A stretch of 64,000 nt of DNA from Basidiobolus meristosporus CBS 931.73 (Eukaryota > Fungi > Basidiobolomycota). The translations under genes and the position numbers were made by a program. The notes beneath the pieces are model-generated. The model was not told where the DNA came from. It worked only from the letters and a program-made list of their open reading frames with translations, and ran no database searches. Numbering within the stretch: position 1 is the first letter of the stretch; the number at the start of each line of letters is the position of its first letter. Where the stretch lies: assembly GCA_002104905.1 (NCBI GenBank), contig MCFE01000165.1, forward strand, positions 1 through 64,000, written 5' to 3'. Shown here piece by piece: positions 51,401 to 64,000 of the stretch.

Positions 51401-51795
51401 TACTTCTCACAGGGTGAAGCAACAACTCATCATTCAAGTAAAGTCACTTACCAAGAGCACTGTATAGTTACACATGGATATGCTTGCCTGACTGGCTAAC
51501 ATGTCTCTAATACTGTATGAAAGATATATTGGTCTTGCAGGTGGATCCAATTCAGATTAGCCTTTAGCATCCTGTCAGCAGATCATTATATTAATGGCTG
51601 CTTGGAACTAATGACCCTGTGCACAATCTTATGACAGGATCACAATGACATTTTGCTAATTTACTACCAAATAAAGGGATAAAACTTGACAAGATTTGAT
51701 ATATGCTGCAACAATAACTGCATTGTATTGTTGTAGCCTTTTTGTGCTCTACAACTACTTTAAGTGGATCCAACTGGTCAGGACACCCAATTGCC

Positions 51796-53316
51796 TTATA
51801 TGGCAAGAAACTTTACGGTATTTTGGTGGCCTCACAGCAAGACTCTGATGGCATTATATAGGCAGTATGACAGCCTACAGCTGGTTCGGTATAATGCTAC
51901 CATACTGATTTACCAAATGGTATTTCCTTTTTCTACCTCCACATGTGCAATTCATATATTCAACTGTAGAATCACCCCTTTGTATTTGCTTACCCACTGC
52001 TACCTTGGGTATTCTACATATAGTTCAAATCAAAAAAAACTATGGCCTCCTGCTTACTAACCACTACAAATACGCACACCTGCTGCAATTGACATACTTC
52101 TATCACCTCAACTTTACAACTTTTTAGTGTGATACTTGCAAAGTTGCCATATACCTTGCATTGCTGGTAACATATACTTCTTGCAAATGTATGCTTGGTT
52201 GTTGCCACTTCTGCCATGAATATCTCCTGAATATCTGCAAATAACTACTTGATATTTAGCCAATATATTCCTTCTCCCTGCTGGATTCTAGTCCCCCTTA
52301 TAGGTGTGCTCTGGCTTTTGTTTATGTAAGCTCCATACTGAATTGTGTAGAAGTTGGCTTGTGGCCAAGAGAAATCTAGCATACCTTCTTAGAGTTTTCC
52401 TAATAAAAATTGGTTGCTTGTTGCACTCAACCTGGCGTTACATTACTTGGCTGATACCCACACATTGGGGCTGCTTACCTTATTAATGCCAAAGGCATAG
52501 GTGTCTTCATGTGCACATCTGATCTTTGAGCTTCCAACTCTTCCTGCCTTTCCACTGGCATATGTATTATATGGCACAAAACTTGACAGTATTTCAACAG
52601 CCTCACTACAAGACTTTGATGGCATTATTATGGCAGTATGGTGGCCTACAGCTAGTTCTGCAAAATACTACCATACCAATTTAACAAATGGTATTTCCTT
52701 TTTTTACCTTCACTTGTGCAGTTCATATATTCCACCGCAGAATCACCATTCTTTATTTGCTTACCCATTGCTATCCTAGGTATTTTACTTATAGCTCAAA
52801 TCAAAAAAATATGTCTTTCCGCTTACTAACCTTTACAAACATGCACACCTACTGCAATTGACATACTAATACCACCTCAACTTTAGGGCATTTTAGTGTA
52901 ATACTTGCAAAGTTGCCATATACCTTGTATTGCTAGTAACATATGCATCTTGTAAACATATGCTGGTTGCTGTCACTTCTGCTATGAATACCTCCTACAT
53001 ATCTGCAAAGAACCTTTTGGTATTTAGTAATATAATCCTTCTCCCTGCTGGCTTCTACTCCCACTTTTTAGGTGTGCTCCGGCTCTTGTTTGTGTGAATT
53101 CCACATTAAATGGAGCAGAAATTGGCTTGTGACCAAGAGAAACCTGGCATACTTTGGAAGAGTTTTCTTAATAAGAAACAGTTGCTTGTTGAACCCAACT
53201 CAACTTTGAACTACCAGACTGCTTACCCATACATTGGGGCTGCTTAGCTTCTTAATGCCATTGATATAGGTGTCTTCATGTGCACATCTGTCCTTGGAAT
53301 TATCCAACTCTTCCTG
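51796..53316. repeat. ~771-bp internal tandem duplication within CACTA copy 2
   Basis: Units 51796-52546 and 52567-53316, anchored by TTATATGGCA at 51796/52567 and CCAACTCTTCCTG at unit ends; diverged. Confidence 0.75.
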
Positions 53317-55509
53317 GCTGCCCTTGATGAGCCAACTCATTACATCCATGATGGACTTGAAGGCAGTACTCTTGATGAAATTGGGATATGGTAGTACTTG
53401 CAACTTGACTTGTAGTCCTATCTTCCCACACATCTGCTCCATAGGAAACTCCTAAAAGGTGAAGCAAGGCCCAATATTTTCCTCACGCCACGCAAGGAAG
53501 AGTAGGGAATGGATATATTAGTGAAATAGATCTACATATTCAGCTTGATGTTTGTAGTATAGCTGCCCAAATCCTGTGACAGACTCCTAACACAAAAGCG
53601 GTAGATGCATCTAGTAATCCACCTCTGGATAAATATTCCTACAGTGTGCACATATGAACCCCAATGCTTCTGATGTGCTCTTGGTAGAAATGGTTCAGAA
53701 GGCCAGTTAAATAAATATATATCCAGTTTATCCAGTGATTGCACTGTATTATTACCCATATGTATGAGTGCTGGTTGGAGCCTGTGAGAAGTACTTAGGG
53801 TAGCAGATAATCTGTAATATCCTGCCAATTCTTTCAAGCTTCTCTTGTATCTTGAAGGGCCCACCTAGCTTGAATTGCCCCATTTACTGTTATGCTGCTG
53901 CAAAGCATTTAGATTTGATCTAGTGATGGATACAGGTAGTTTTCCAGGTTGGACAGTGATTTAGGTCTATCAGATTTCTACTCTGATACTCTAAGATAGG
54001 CAGCAGATTCATATTGATGTAAATAAATGACCATCTGGATTTGTTGGTAGAGTACCTGTTTAACGAGATTTCATTGAGTGCCAAGGCAAAATGCATGGTC
54101 ATACATACCTCCTAAGTAGCCCTTGCTTCTTAGCTAATTGTGATAGCCCTCATATATAATGGATATGTTTGAGCTTGATTGATACAAAGTGTGGTACTTG
54201 ACAGCTTCACAAAGTTTGAGGAACTGTCCAAGCTTCTTTAGATGGGGTATTACCAGAATATATCTTGAGTACCAACAATGACTTCCCCTAATGCTGGTAG
54301 ATTCCTGACAAGTGGGACACCTTGCAATGGTGGCATTTTCTGATGTAAATGTCATGCAACTGTTAACACATGCTGATATCAGGATGGTCTCTAGGTTAAA
54401 TTTTACCAGCTGCAAGACAGTTGTCCATTTGTACCATGTATATGGTGAGTAGCATTCTGGGATAATTTTGGTGCAAAGTAGTACTAAAGCCTCAAAGCCC
54501 CCATTACTGATATTTGTGCAAATGCGCCACTTCCCTGGCCACAACATCACATCATTTACCAGTAGATGGATTACTAGGCTCACTTGGCTCCATAGAGTAT
54601 CCTTGGCATTTTTTACCAGAGGTGTTTTCTCTTTTCATATTGGAATTTTGACAAGCACATGAAGGGTACTGTTGTTAGGAGAGATAGGCTCACAATCCAC
54701 CAGTGAGCATTCTTTGTCAGAGCTATCACTCTGCATGCCATACTCAGAAGGCTGAGGTGAGCCTAAAGGCATTTCAAGCTCACCTGACTCTTTTTGTGCA
54801 AGGTGCCAAATATGGCCAGGTGCCCATGGAGAAGTGTCAACTGGCTGGCAAGACACTATTAGTACAGTTGTGACTGATGAGTGGTAAAATATGACCTGTG
54901 TGACAAAACACTGGCCATGATCCTTGTAACACTTTGTATGCTGCCTGTGTGCTTCAAGGCTGAGAGACTTGCTGCAATAGCCATATTGTCATTTTCTCTT
55001 CTCTTACAGCATTGAATCAAAGTAGTCTTGGCCATAGGGCAAAGAGTTTGACAATCAACAATTTAACAGTATTGTATCACTTTTGGTCAATACCCATCTA
55101 AATTTAAGACAGTCTTGTATTTGAGACATTGCACTTACATATATGTAAGATTCAATGTTGACCCACTATAGCAAGCATTACAAATTAAGCTGTGGCACTA
55201 TATACATATTTATAAGTAACATCATTTCCCCTTTGGTTTGACTCACTTCCATATATATACTGCCAAAAGATAAAGCAAAGTTGTCTGGTTCCCAACCAAA
55301 CGCCATCACTGAAAGCAGCAGAAGCACAGTGGACCAATAGCTTGCTTTGACATTGAGAGCAACAAGCAGGGTTACAGCCAAGAAAGACCATGTTGAGAGT
55401 GTGCCCACCAAAGGTAATAATGAAGACTCCTTAGGCTCTCAGTCAAGTAGGCAATTGAGAATTTCTGCAGAGCCACAAGCTGACCATAATGCTCAGGCAG
55501 ACAAGAACA

Positions 55510-58500
55510 TGTTGTAAGAGTCTTTGAGATATTGGAAGTGATTGGGAGGACAAGTAGATTATGTGGTTTTCACTTAATAATTTATTGTATGTGAAAGTAG
55601 TATTATACTTTTACCTGGTCTTGGCATTACAAGCACGCAAAATAGGTTAAGGAAGGTCTCAAGAACATGTGTGCAAAGTTTAGGGCTGTTTGGACAACTT
55701 TGAGAATTTTCATGTTCTGGGTACCTGGTATTTTGGTGAAAATATTCTAGGTAAATCCCAGCAAGGAATTTTGTCAGTGTTCTCTAGGATTTGAAGGTGA
55801 TGATCTAAGTGACTAAGTTAGGTGAATATTTAGGTGGAAATACAAACTTTTACAACACTCCCACTCAGCTAAATGTTCATACTGACTAGTCCTAACTTTG
55901 ACCTAAGATATTCAAACTTGTCTCTAGCTAATGGTTTGGTAAATATGTCTGCAACCATATCATCTGTAGGACAGTAAACTAAGCTAACTAAGTTATTCTC
56001 TATAGCTTCACATATAAAATGATGCCTAATATCTATATGCTTGGTTCTAGCATGAAAAGTTGGATTTCTACCTAATTGTATACATCCTTGATTATCTTGA
56101 AATAAAGTAATAGGCATTTTTTGACATAGGCCTAAATCTGTAAAAGGTTTTCTTAACCACATTGCTTCTTTTGTAGCTTCACAGGCTGCTATATACTCTG
56201 CCTCTGTGGTGGAAAGTGCTATGGTTGGTTGCTTTCTTGAGTTCCATGAAATTGCTCTTTTGCAGTAAGCTCAGACTATCCCACAAGATCCTGCTCTGAA
56301 TCCTTATAAGTGTATCTTAAGCAGATATCAGCAATTCCTTTTAGGTATCTAAAAATCCGCTTAACTGCTGTAATATGATCAGATCCATAGTTCTGATTAT
56401 GTTGGCTAACAACTCCCACTGAATATGAGATATCTGGACGTGTTCCAAGCATGATATAAATCAGACTGCCGACCATAGACTGATAAGAAAAGTCAGGGCT
56501 TTCAGATGGTACCAAGCTCTCTTGATTTGATTGAGTTTTGACCAAGTAAAGGTTTGTCTCCATTGGGGTAACTGCCAGTTTACAGCCTTCCATTTGGTAC
56601 TTCTTTAGTATATCTTGAATATACTTGGATTGACTTAGGGTTATAGTCTGGGTACTTCTGTCTATGGAAAACTTAATCCCCATGTAGTTACTAAGTTCTC
56701 CTAGATTGGACATCTTGAACTCCTCAGATAGGCTGGATTTAGTCTCTTCCAATGTTTTTAGGTTATTGTGGGCTATAATAGGATCATCCACATATAGAGC
56801 TAATAGAGCTGGATTTGCTCTATCTGGCTTATAGTATATACTATAGTCAGCATCACTTCTTTTGAAACTCAAAGATTCCAAATAAGAATCTATCTTGCAA
56901 TTCCAAGCTCTTGGTGATTGTTTGAGACCATATAGTGACTTTTTGAGCTTGCAGACCAAATGGGGGTTATCTTGGTGAACAAACCCATCAGACTGGTCTG
57001 TATACATGGCCTCATCAAGTTCTCCACTCAAAAATGCAGCTTTGACTTCCATTTGAGGAATAAAAAACTTATTTGTGGCTGCAATAGCCAATATTAATCT
57101 GATGGAATTAAACTTGGCTACCAGTGCAAAGGTCTCAGTATAGTCAAGTCCTTTTGTTTGAGAAAATTCATTAGCTACAGGTCTTGCTTTGTATCCTTCA
57201 ATTGTACCATCAGCCTTGTATTTTGCCTTGAAGACCCATCTGCATCCAATTGATTCTTGGTTGATTGGTAATTTGACTAAGTCCCAAGTTTGATTTTCCA
57301 TCAGGGCCTGATATTCCTCAGTCATTGCAGATCTCCAAAACTTTGTCTGAGGGCTATTTACGGCCTCTTTTACAGTCTGGGGCTCATCAATATGGACCAA
57401 ATAGGCATAGGCTAAGTTTGTACCCTCATTGATATAGTAATTTGGATAATTTCTTGCCAGATTGGATCTCCAGGCATTTGATACTGGAATGATCACTTCT
57501 GGGATATTCCTGGGCAATGATTCTGGCTGAACCATTGTTGTAGAGTCACCAGGAGTGAAAAAATTTTAATTATTTTGCTCTGATTCAATCCTGACAATTG
57601 GTGGACTTGAGATCAAATTTTTGTCATTATCTGATGTTGTTTTTTGTGAGAATTTTGAGTTTTCATCAAACAACACATCCCTGGACTTGATCAGCTTTGT
57701 TGCTTTTGTATTGTAGAGTCTGTATGCCTTACTCTCATTGCAGTAGCTCATAAATATGCATTTCACACTTTTTGGCTCAAATTTTGACTGATTTCCAGCT
57801 TGTTTTTTGGCATATGCTGCACAACCAAATATTCTTAGATCTTCTGCACTTGGTCTGTATCCATACCATGCTTCAAATAGGAGTAGAATCACAAAGTATT
57901 CTGTTATAACTCCTATTTTTAAGGTATACAGCACTGGCAACTGATTCTGCCCAAAAATCATAGGATAATTTTTGATCATGGATCATAGATCTTGCCATAT
58001 TAATTATTGATCTGTTAGCTTGCATTCAGCTACTTCATTTTGCTGTGCAGAGTATATTACAGTAGTCTCTTGCTTTATCCCATGAATTTTGCAGAAGTGG
58101 ATGAAGAGTTTTGAGGTATATTTTCCACCATTGTCAGAGAGTACTTTCTTGATCTTTTTGCCAGTTTCTCTCTCCTACCATAGGCTTTAAACTCCCTGAA
58201 CTTAGACAGAGCTTCTTCCTTTCTCTCCATGAAGTAGACCCATGTGTATCTTATATAATCATCAATAAAAGTGAATAAATACTTCATCCTGCCTAAGGAT
58301 AAATTTTGCATAGGTCCACACAGATCTGAGTGAATTAGATCTAATTTTTTCTTAGTTTTGATTAACCCAGAGCTCTTGAACGGTTGTCTGGCTTGTTTCC
58401 CATATATGCAGGCTTCACAGTGCTCCAAATTAGCTGGGGGATCAATTATCACTCCAGAAATTAGCTGATTTTTGATCATTTTGCGCAAATAATTAAAATT

Positions 58501-60144
58501 GATGTGTCCAAATCTCCTGTGCCAAAGCATTGGTGTTTCTTCATTTAAGTTACTTTTATTGGTTTCCAGATTTGATGGAAAATAAGTTAACTGGTATAAA
58601 TTCTGATCTCTGATGCCTGAAGCAATATGGGCACCATTTTGATCAGTGATCCTGCATCCAGAATTGTCAAAACTAAAACTGAGTCCTTCCGCTGTGGCCT
58701 TGCTTACAGAGAGTAGGTTCTTGGCTATTTCTGGTACATAGAGTACTTCTTTAAAGGTCAGTGTATGGCTTCCTTCACTGCTTCTTAAGGTTTACTTGGA
58801 TAGTTCCTTCTCCCACTGCATGAAGTGTTCTATTGTCACCCATGAAAACCTTGTTAATTGGAATTTCTTGATATCGGGTAAAAAGTTCTTTTTGGTGTGT
58901 AAAGTGTTGAGATGCTCCAGAGTCAATATACCACATCTGAGAATCCTTGTTTGTGGTAATACTTAGTGCAGTTGTGAATAGTCTATCTTAAATTGCTGCA
59001 GCATTTCCATATTCAGGCTTCTTTTGCTGATTATCTTTCTTTTGAGACACTGGGCTGATGTGTGTCCTTTCCTTTTGCAGTAGTAACAAAACAGGTTGCT
59101 GTTGCCTTTGTAAAGTATTGGGTACCTCCTTTGTTGGTTATCATTTCATATTAAAGCATTTTCTTCTTCCTTCTTATTGGCACTTGTTTTTCTTAATTCT
59201 TCATCCAGGAGCCTTCCATATTTGTATTTTAAGGTCAAATCTTCAGTTCTGGACTCTAGGGCTGATACAAGGCCCTGGTACTTGTTTGTCAGGCTATTCA
59301 GGATGGTAACTATCATATTCTCATCAGTAGTTGGTATGCCCACAGATTCCATCTCATCTACCAGCAGGGTATTTCTGTTAATTAGATTTTTCATTTCTTC
59401 TCCTGGCAGCATCTTTGTAGTAAAGAATTTTTGTCTCAGATACATTTTCTTAGCAGCTGAACATGACTCCAAGGTGTCTTCTAATGCCTTCCAGGCATTC
59501 TTTGCCGTTTTTGCTCTTGAGCATTGAATTAGCAATTTGTCTTTAGCATTAAGGCAAATGCAGTTAAAGGCACTTTGTTCTTTCTTCTGGTACTTCAAGG
59601 CTTCCTCTCCCACGTTTTTAGGAGGGCATTCTTCTCCCATGACATTATCCCAAAGGCTTCTTTCTTGTAGCAGCATCCTCACTTTCACCTACCACACTTG
59701 GTAGTTTGATCCATCCAACTTTTCAACAGAGAGAAAAATTCCAGTAATAGCAGTAGTGGACATTGCAGCAAGTGCCAGCTTGGAGCTCATAACCTGTTGT
59801 AAGAGTCTTGGAGATATTGGATGTGATTGGGAGGACAAGTAGATTATGTGGTTTTCAGTTAATAAGTTATTGAATGTAAAAGTAGTATTTATACTTTTAC
59901 CTGGTCTTGGCATAAAAAGCATGTAGAATAGGTTAAGGAAGGTCCCAAGAACATGTGTGCAAAGTCTGGGGCTGTTTGGACAACTTTGAGAATTTTCATG
60001 TTCTGGGTACCTGGTATTTTGGTGAAAATATTCTAGGTAAATCCCAACAAGGAATTTTGGTCAGTATTCTCTAGGATTTGAAGGTGATGAACTAATTGAC
60101 TAAGTTAGGTGAATATTTAGGTGGAAATACAAATTTTTACAACA
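55510..60144 (-). mobile_element. Ty1/copia copy 4, structurally complete (ORF broken by stops/frameshifts)
   Basis: LTRs 55510-55857 and 59795-60144 (about 19 substitutions + 3 indels by manual count), perfect GAACA TSD (55505-55509 / 60145-60149), PBS 59782-59794, PPT at 55858. Confidence 0.96.
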
Positions 60145-61159
60145 GAACAAAGCAAATACAGTACCTGTGGTTAAAGACCAGCAAGTGGCTGTCTTAGCAT
60201 CACCACCAATCATATATTAGCAAGCATGTTGTCAGCTCATACCAAAGCATTGAGGAGGCAGTTAGGTGCAATGGCAGATAGGATAGAGGCAATGGCTCAG
60301 AGAAGTCAGGAAATAGTCCAGAGACAGGAAAAGTTGATAATAAGTGTAGAGGAATCCATATCCCACTTAGAGAAAGCAGTATCTTTGCTTTAAAGATGGA
60401 ATCCAAGCAGCTCAATTTCACAGCCAAGTACTGAGTCATTTTCTAGATGTGCAGCAGAGGGACACTATACAGTCATTGAGGTACATCAGCAGTGCCTAAA
60501 GATAAAGCCCACAGATAAACATATTACAGCATGGGAGGGAAAAGCTGTAGTGCATATACAAAGCCTAAAAGTCAAAACACAATGAAGATCCAAGGAGCCA
60601 CTGAGGGCAATGATGAGGAGTGGGCTAATATTAAAGAAGCATCTATTCAAAGAAGCAGTGAAGAACCTGTTAGTATTAAAAACCAGTGGCTACTTCAGGA
60701 GTCCATCATAGCTTGGACTGAGAGCTCAAAACCAGTTGGAAAGAAATGTCAGGATGCCTGTGGAGTGCCAGCAAGGGACTGGCAGTTCAAAACAGATGCA
60801 TCAAAGCAGTATTTATCCAGGACAAATATAGCTCAAAACAAGAAGCACTCAGACAAAGTAGCAATGAAAGAACTGGGAGTGATAAAGGAAAAGGTAAAGA
60901 AACACAGTCTACCCATGCTGGAGACCAAGGAGCGTTAGTAAAAAGCTTCAGTACTTGCCAATTTATGCTGTAAGCCTGGAACAGACTGAATCCAATCATA
61001 GCCAGGAAGATTTACTAACAAGAAACACTGTTTTCACAAGATTTGGAGGTGCAGCCAGATGAGCCACACTCCAGTGATGCAGATGAGTCTGCAGATAGAG
61101 GTAATTTTCCTATCAAAGCCTTCATATTTTCCATTGTAGACAGAGTGGAGATCCTAGTG

Positions 61160-64000
61160 ACCAACAAGGCAACAATATCAATAACCTGAAAGGTTGCTAC
61201 AACTAAAATTTCAGTAGAAACAAATCAATTACTATGTATGAAAACTACAAGAGGTGGCCAGATCTGGAGGTATGATGTGAAAAAGAAGCAATAGCCAATC
61301 AATGAACACAAATGTAGGAGACAATATAGTGTCCAGGATCAGAAAGTGAGAGCATTGGCAGACACCCAATCAAATGCCACCTACAGATTGTTGTGGTGAA
61401 ATACTTTGACTAAGTTTTTTGTTAAATCTGGGCTATAATTACTCACTGTGGTCTTTGAACAGTGTCTTTGCATGATGTCCTGATGGGATCAATACCTCTT
61501 AGTCACAGAACCTGTGAAGGCTGTTTAACAAGATCATCACAATTATTTGGCATACCAATAGTGCAGTTTGGTAAGTTATGGCAGTTCTGCTCTTTACTGA
61601 ACATGATGTCTTGGTATAGAGTGGTCTTGTTATGAAGGCTGACATAGTTGATAAGCAGCTGACTGCAGTGTGCCACTCTCTCTTGGAGCTCATTATCCAG
61701 CTCTTTGGGACACCCACATACCCTTGGTTCATTAGTTGGACACTGATGTTTGGATGAATCCAGGAAGTATTGCTGTTGAAGGCTACTAAGCTCTACATTT
61801 GTATCAGGCAATGCATTATTCATTTCAGGCACAGCACATCCAAGCCCTCCCCAGTTCTTAATACAGAGGCTAATGAGTTTTAAGAAGTGCTTAAATTGCA
61901 GAAACAAATGGTCAAACTGTTGCTTATATATGATGAAGCAGAGCATTCATCCATCTTTAAGTATCAAACAACTTTAGCTTTAAGCTGGGAGTCATGGATA
62001 CTGAAGAGCATGCTCTAACATATTTGGGACTGTTACTAGTGGTTGATAATAGCACTAGCTTGATCTTGACTATGGTGAAAATATAGCCTCATCCATCTAG
62101 GAAAAAGTGACACCAGTGAGGGTGATGGTGAAGTTGCTCAGTGGTCCAGAGTAGTCCTGACTTGCAAGTTAGCTTCCAGCTATTAAATGATACCAAAAGG
62201 TTCATTATATTGTTGGAGACCTGCACAGGTGTGTCTGGCACATGCTGAGCAAATTGAGCACAACAATGCTTTGACATGCCCTTTGGGATAAAAAACATTA
62301 TGCTCTGCTAATACTCAATTTCAACATGTGTCTTGTTAAATATCTTCATAAACACAATTGGTCTTTAAGCCACAGCTATTGGCTGCGGCTTTTCTATTTC
62401 TGATGACTCTATGAGTTAAATAATTGTGCAAGATTCATAAAGGGTGCGCTAATATCAGTATGAAAGCTCACAATTGACTCTAGGGCCATAGTTAAATCTT
62501 TTGGCACAAGCTCAAACAGGTCCAACATTGCTTTATCAGGCCCTTACTGCACAGGTAAGCTGCAGGGATGGATGTTGCCACAGTTATACTCATGATTGGT
62601 ACCCTGGAAGAAATAACTTGGCTAATCCTGCCAAAAGGCCATCACAAAGTTAAGATCTGTGACTAAGAGATATTGATCCCATGAGGACACTGTGCAAAGA
62701 CCGTTAGAAAATAATTATAGCCCAGATTTAACAAAAAACTTAAAAAAGGTTTTTCATCACAACAATCCATAGGTGGCTTTTGATTGGGTTAATGCCTGTG
62801 CTCTCACTTTCAGATCCTGAACACTGTATTACCTCCTACATATGTGCGCATTGATTGGCTGTTGCATCTTTTCACACCCTACTTCTTGACTCAACCACTT
62901 CTCTTATTTTTCATGCTTACAAATAGATTAATTTCCATTATAGCTTCAGTTGTAACTTCATTGTCAATTTTTATGACCTAAATAAGTCCCATTACTACAA
63001 ACCAACACTAAGCTCCACCCCACACTCAGTATGTAACACCATTAAAATTCACTCATCAATAAATATTTTTGCTGTAATACTATATTTACATGACTCCAGC
63101 AGGAACCCAATGGCTTTATGCCACTGTTCAATCACTGGTTCTCATACATCCTGGTCTTCAGCCAGCACTGCAATGTCTGGCACCTCTTCTACTAGTCTTT
63201 GCAGTAGATTCTTGCAATATTCAGGTGGACTCTCTTAGGCACTACTCTTGGAGAAGTGCGCAACCACCCGGTATGCCTATTAGTGCTCCCAAATTCCAAC
63301 ATAGGCATTGTGATTGTCTCTGAGCAACAATGCATAAGTGGCTTATGATTAGCCCTCTGCCAATTCTCAACCTTTCTAATTGCATAGACTCATTTGCCTC
63401 CTATGTTAGTGTACATTGCTTGCCTGTTGCCTCTTTGTCACACTTCTTACCTCCTGATTCAACCATTTCTTCTACTTGCCATATATGTGAGCTGATTTAT
63501 CTTCATTGGAGCTTCATTTGTACCTTGATAACCAACCATATTGATCTATACAGGTCCTCATATCCAACTGTAGCTTTAGGCCCAGCCCTTCCCTCAACCA
63601 GTAACTCTATTAAAATCTACCATTTGTCAATGTTTCTGCCATGGCACTCTTTTTCCCTGATTTTGGTGGGAACACTGTGGCTTTATGGCAATGTTCATTT
63701 GCTGGCTCCCATGTGTCATGGTCTACCACTGGCACAGCCAGCTCTAGCACTCTAGTTGCCAGTCTTTGCAATCAATCATTGCAAAATTCAAGCATATGTT
63801 TTTGAACACTTCTTTTGAAGAAGCTCTGCACCCTTTTGGTATGTCTATTGATACTCCAAAATTCCACGGTAGGCATTGTGATAGTCTCTGAGCTCTTGAC
63901 ATTGCTACTTTGTCTGTTGCAGGAATCTCCACTCTTTCCAAAATGGAGGAAGTGGGGGCATGGTAGACTTATTGCTTTTGTTTGCAACCTCATCTACCTG
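61160..64000. repeat. Cluster of repeat Y copies (inverted pair 61270-61530 / 62630-62880; direct duplication 63090-63325 / 63655-63895)
   Basis: Manual alignment of shared anchors (TTAGTCACAG / CTGTGACTAA; GGCTTTATG...GTCTTTGCA...GGCATTGTGAT). Confidence 0.65.

Larger units (their letters stand above)
51513..61140 (-). mobile_element. CACTA-like transposon copy 2 (interrupted by copia copy 4; internal tandem duplication)
   Basis: 51513-55509 is colinear with 37777-41390; ORF2 resumes at 60145 after the copia insert. Right end uncertain. Confidence 0.72.

Noticed and set aside
61121-61140. Right-hand TIR of CACTA copy 2 (TATTTTCCATTGTA vs expected TATTTTTCATAGTG)
   Set aside because: Only a partial match in AT-rich sequence and no confirmable TSD; used only as an approximate boundary.

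Overview
Eukaryotic (fungal) genomic DNA in two sharply different halves. The host is probably an early-diverging fungus with a repeat-inflated genome; this is inference from Chs7, short introns and gene-island architecture, and the lineage is unproven. Positions 1 to ~26.9 kb are a CpG-rich island of about 12 tightly packed genes plus one pseudogene: a histamine-N-methyltransferase-like SAM methyltransferase (cut by the window start), an MFS transporter with a 3-nt micro-exon and its decayed tandem copy, TFIP11/Ntr1, two Ser/Pro-rich GPI-type proteins, alpha-tubulin, a Uds1-domain coiled-coil protein, Chs7, an M14 zinc carboxypeptidase, Arf1, Sec20, a homeodomain factor and a Kcs1-like inositol polyphosphate kinase. 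Positions ~27-64 kb hold no recognisable host gene and are a CpG-depleted stack of nested, decayed mobile elements. These include four copies of one Ty1/copia family with a half-tRNA(iMet) primer site: one with a matching TSD, two with mismatched LTR subtypes and no TSD, and one truncated. There are also two solo LTRs with perfect 5-bp TSDs, a Ty3/gypsy remnant, three pieces of a CACTA-like (tnp2) DNA transposon, a 736-bp foldback palindrome whose inner 101 bp are perfect, and an unclassified repeat family. All alignments, exon models and mismatch counts were done by eye; no database search was run.
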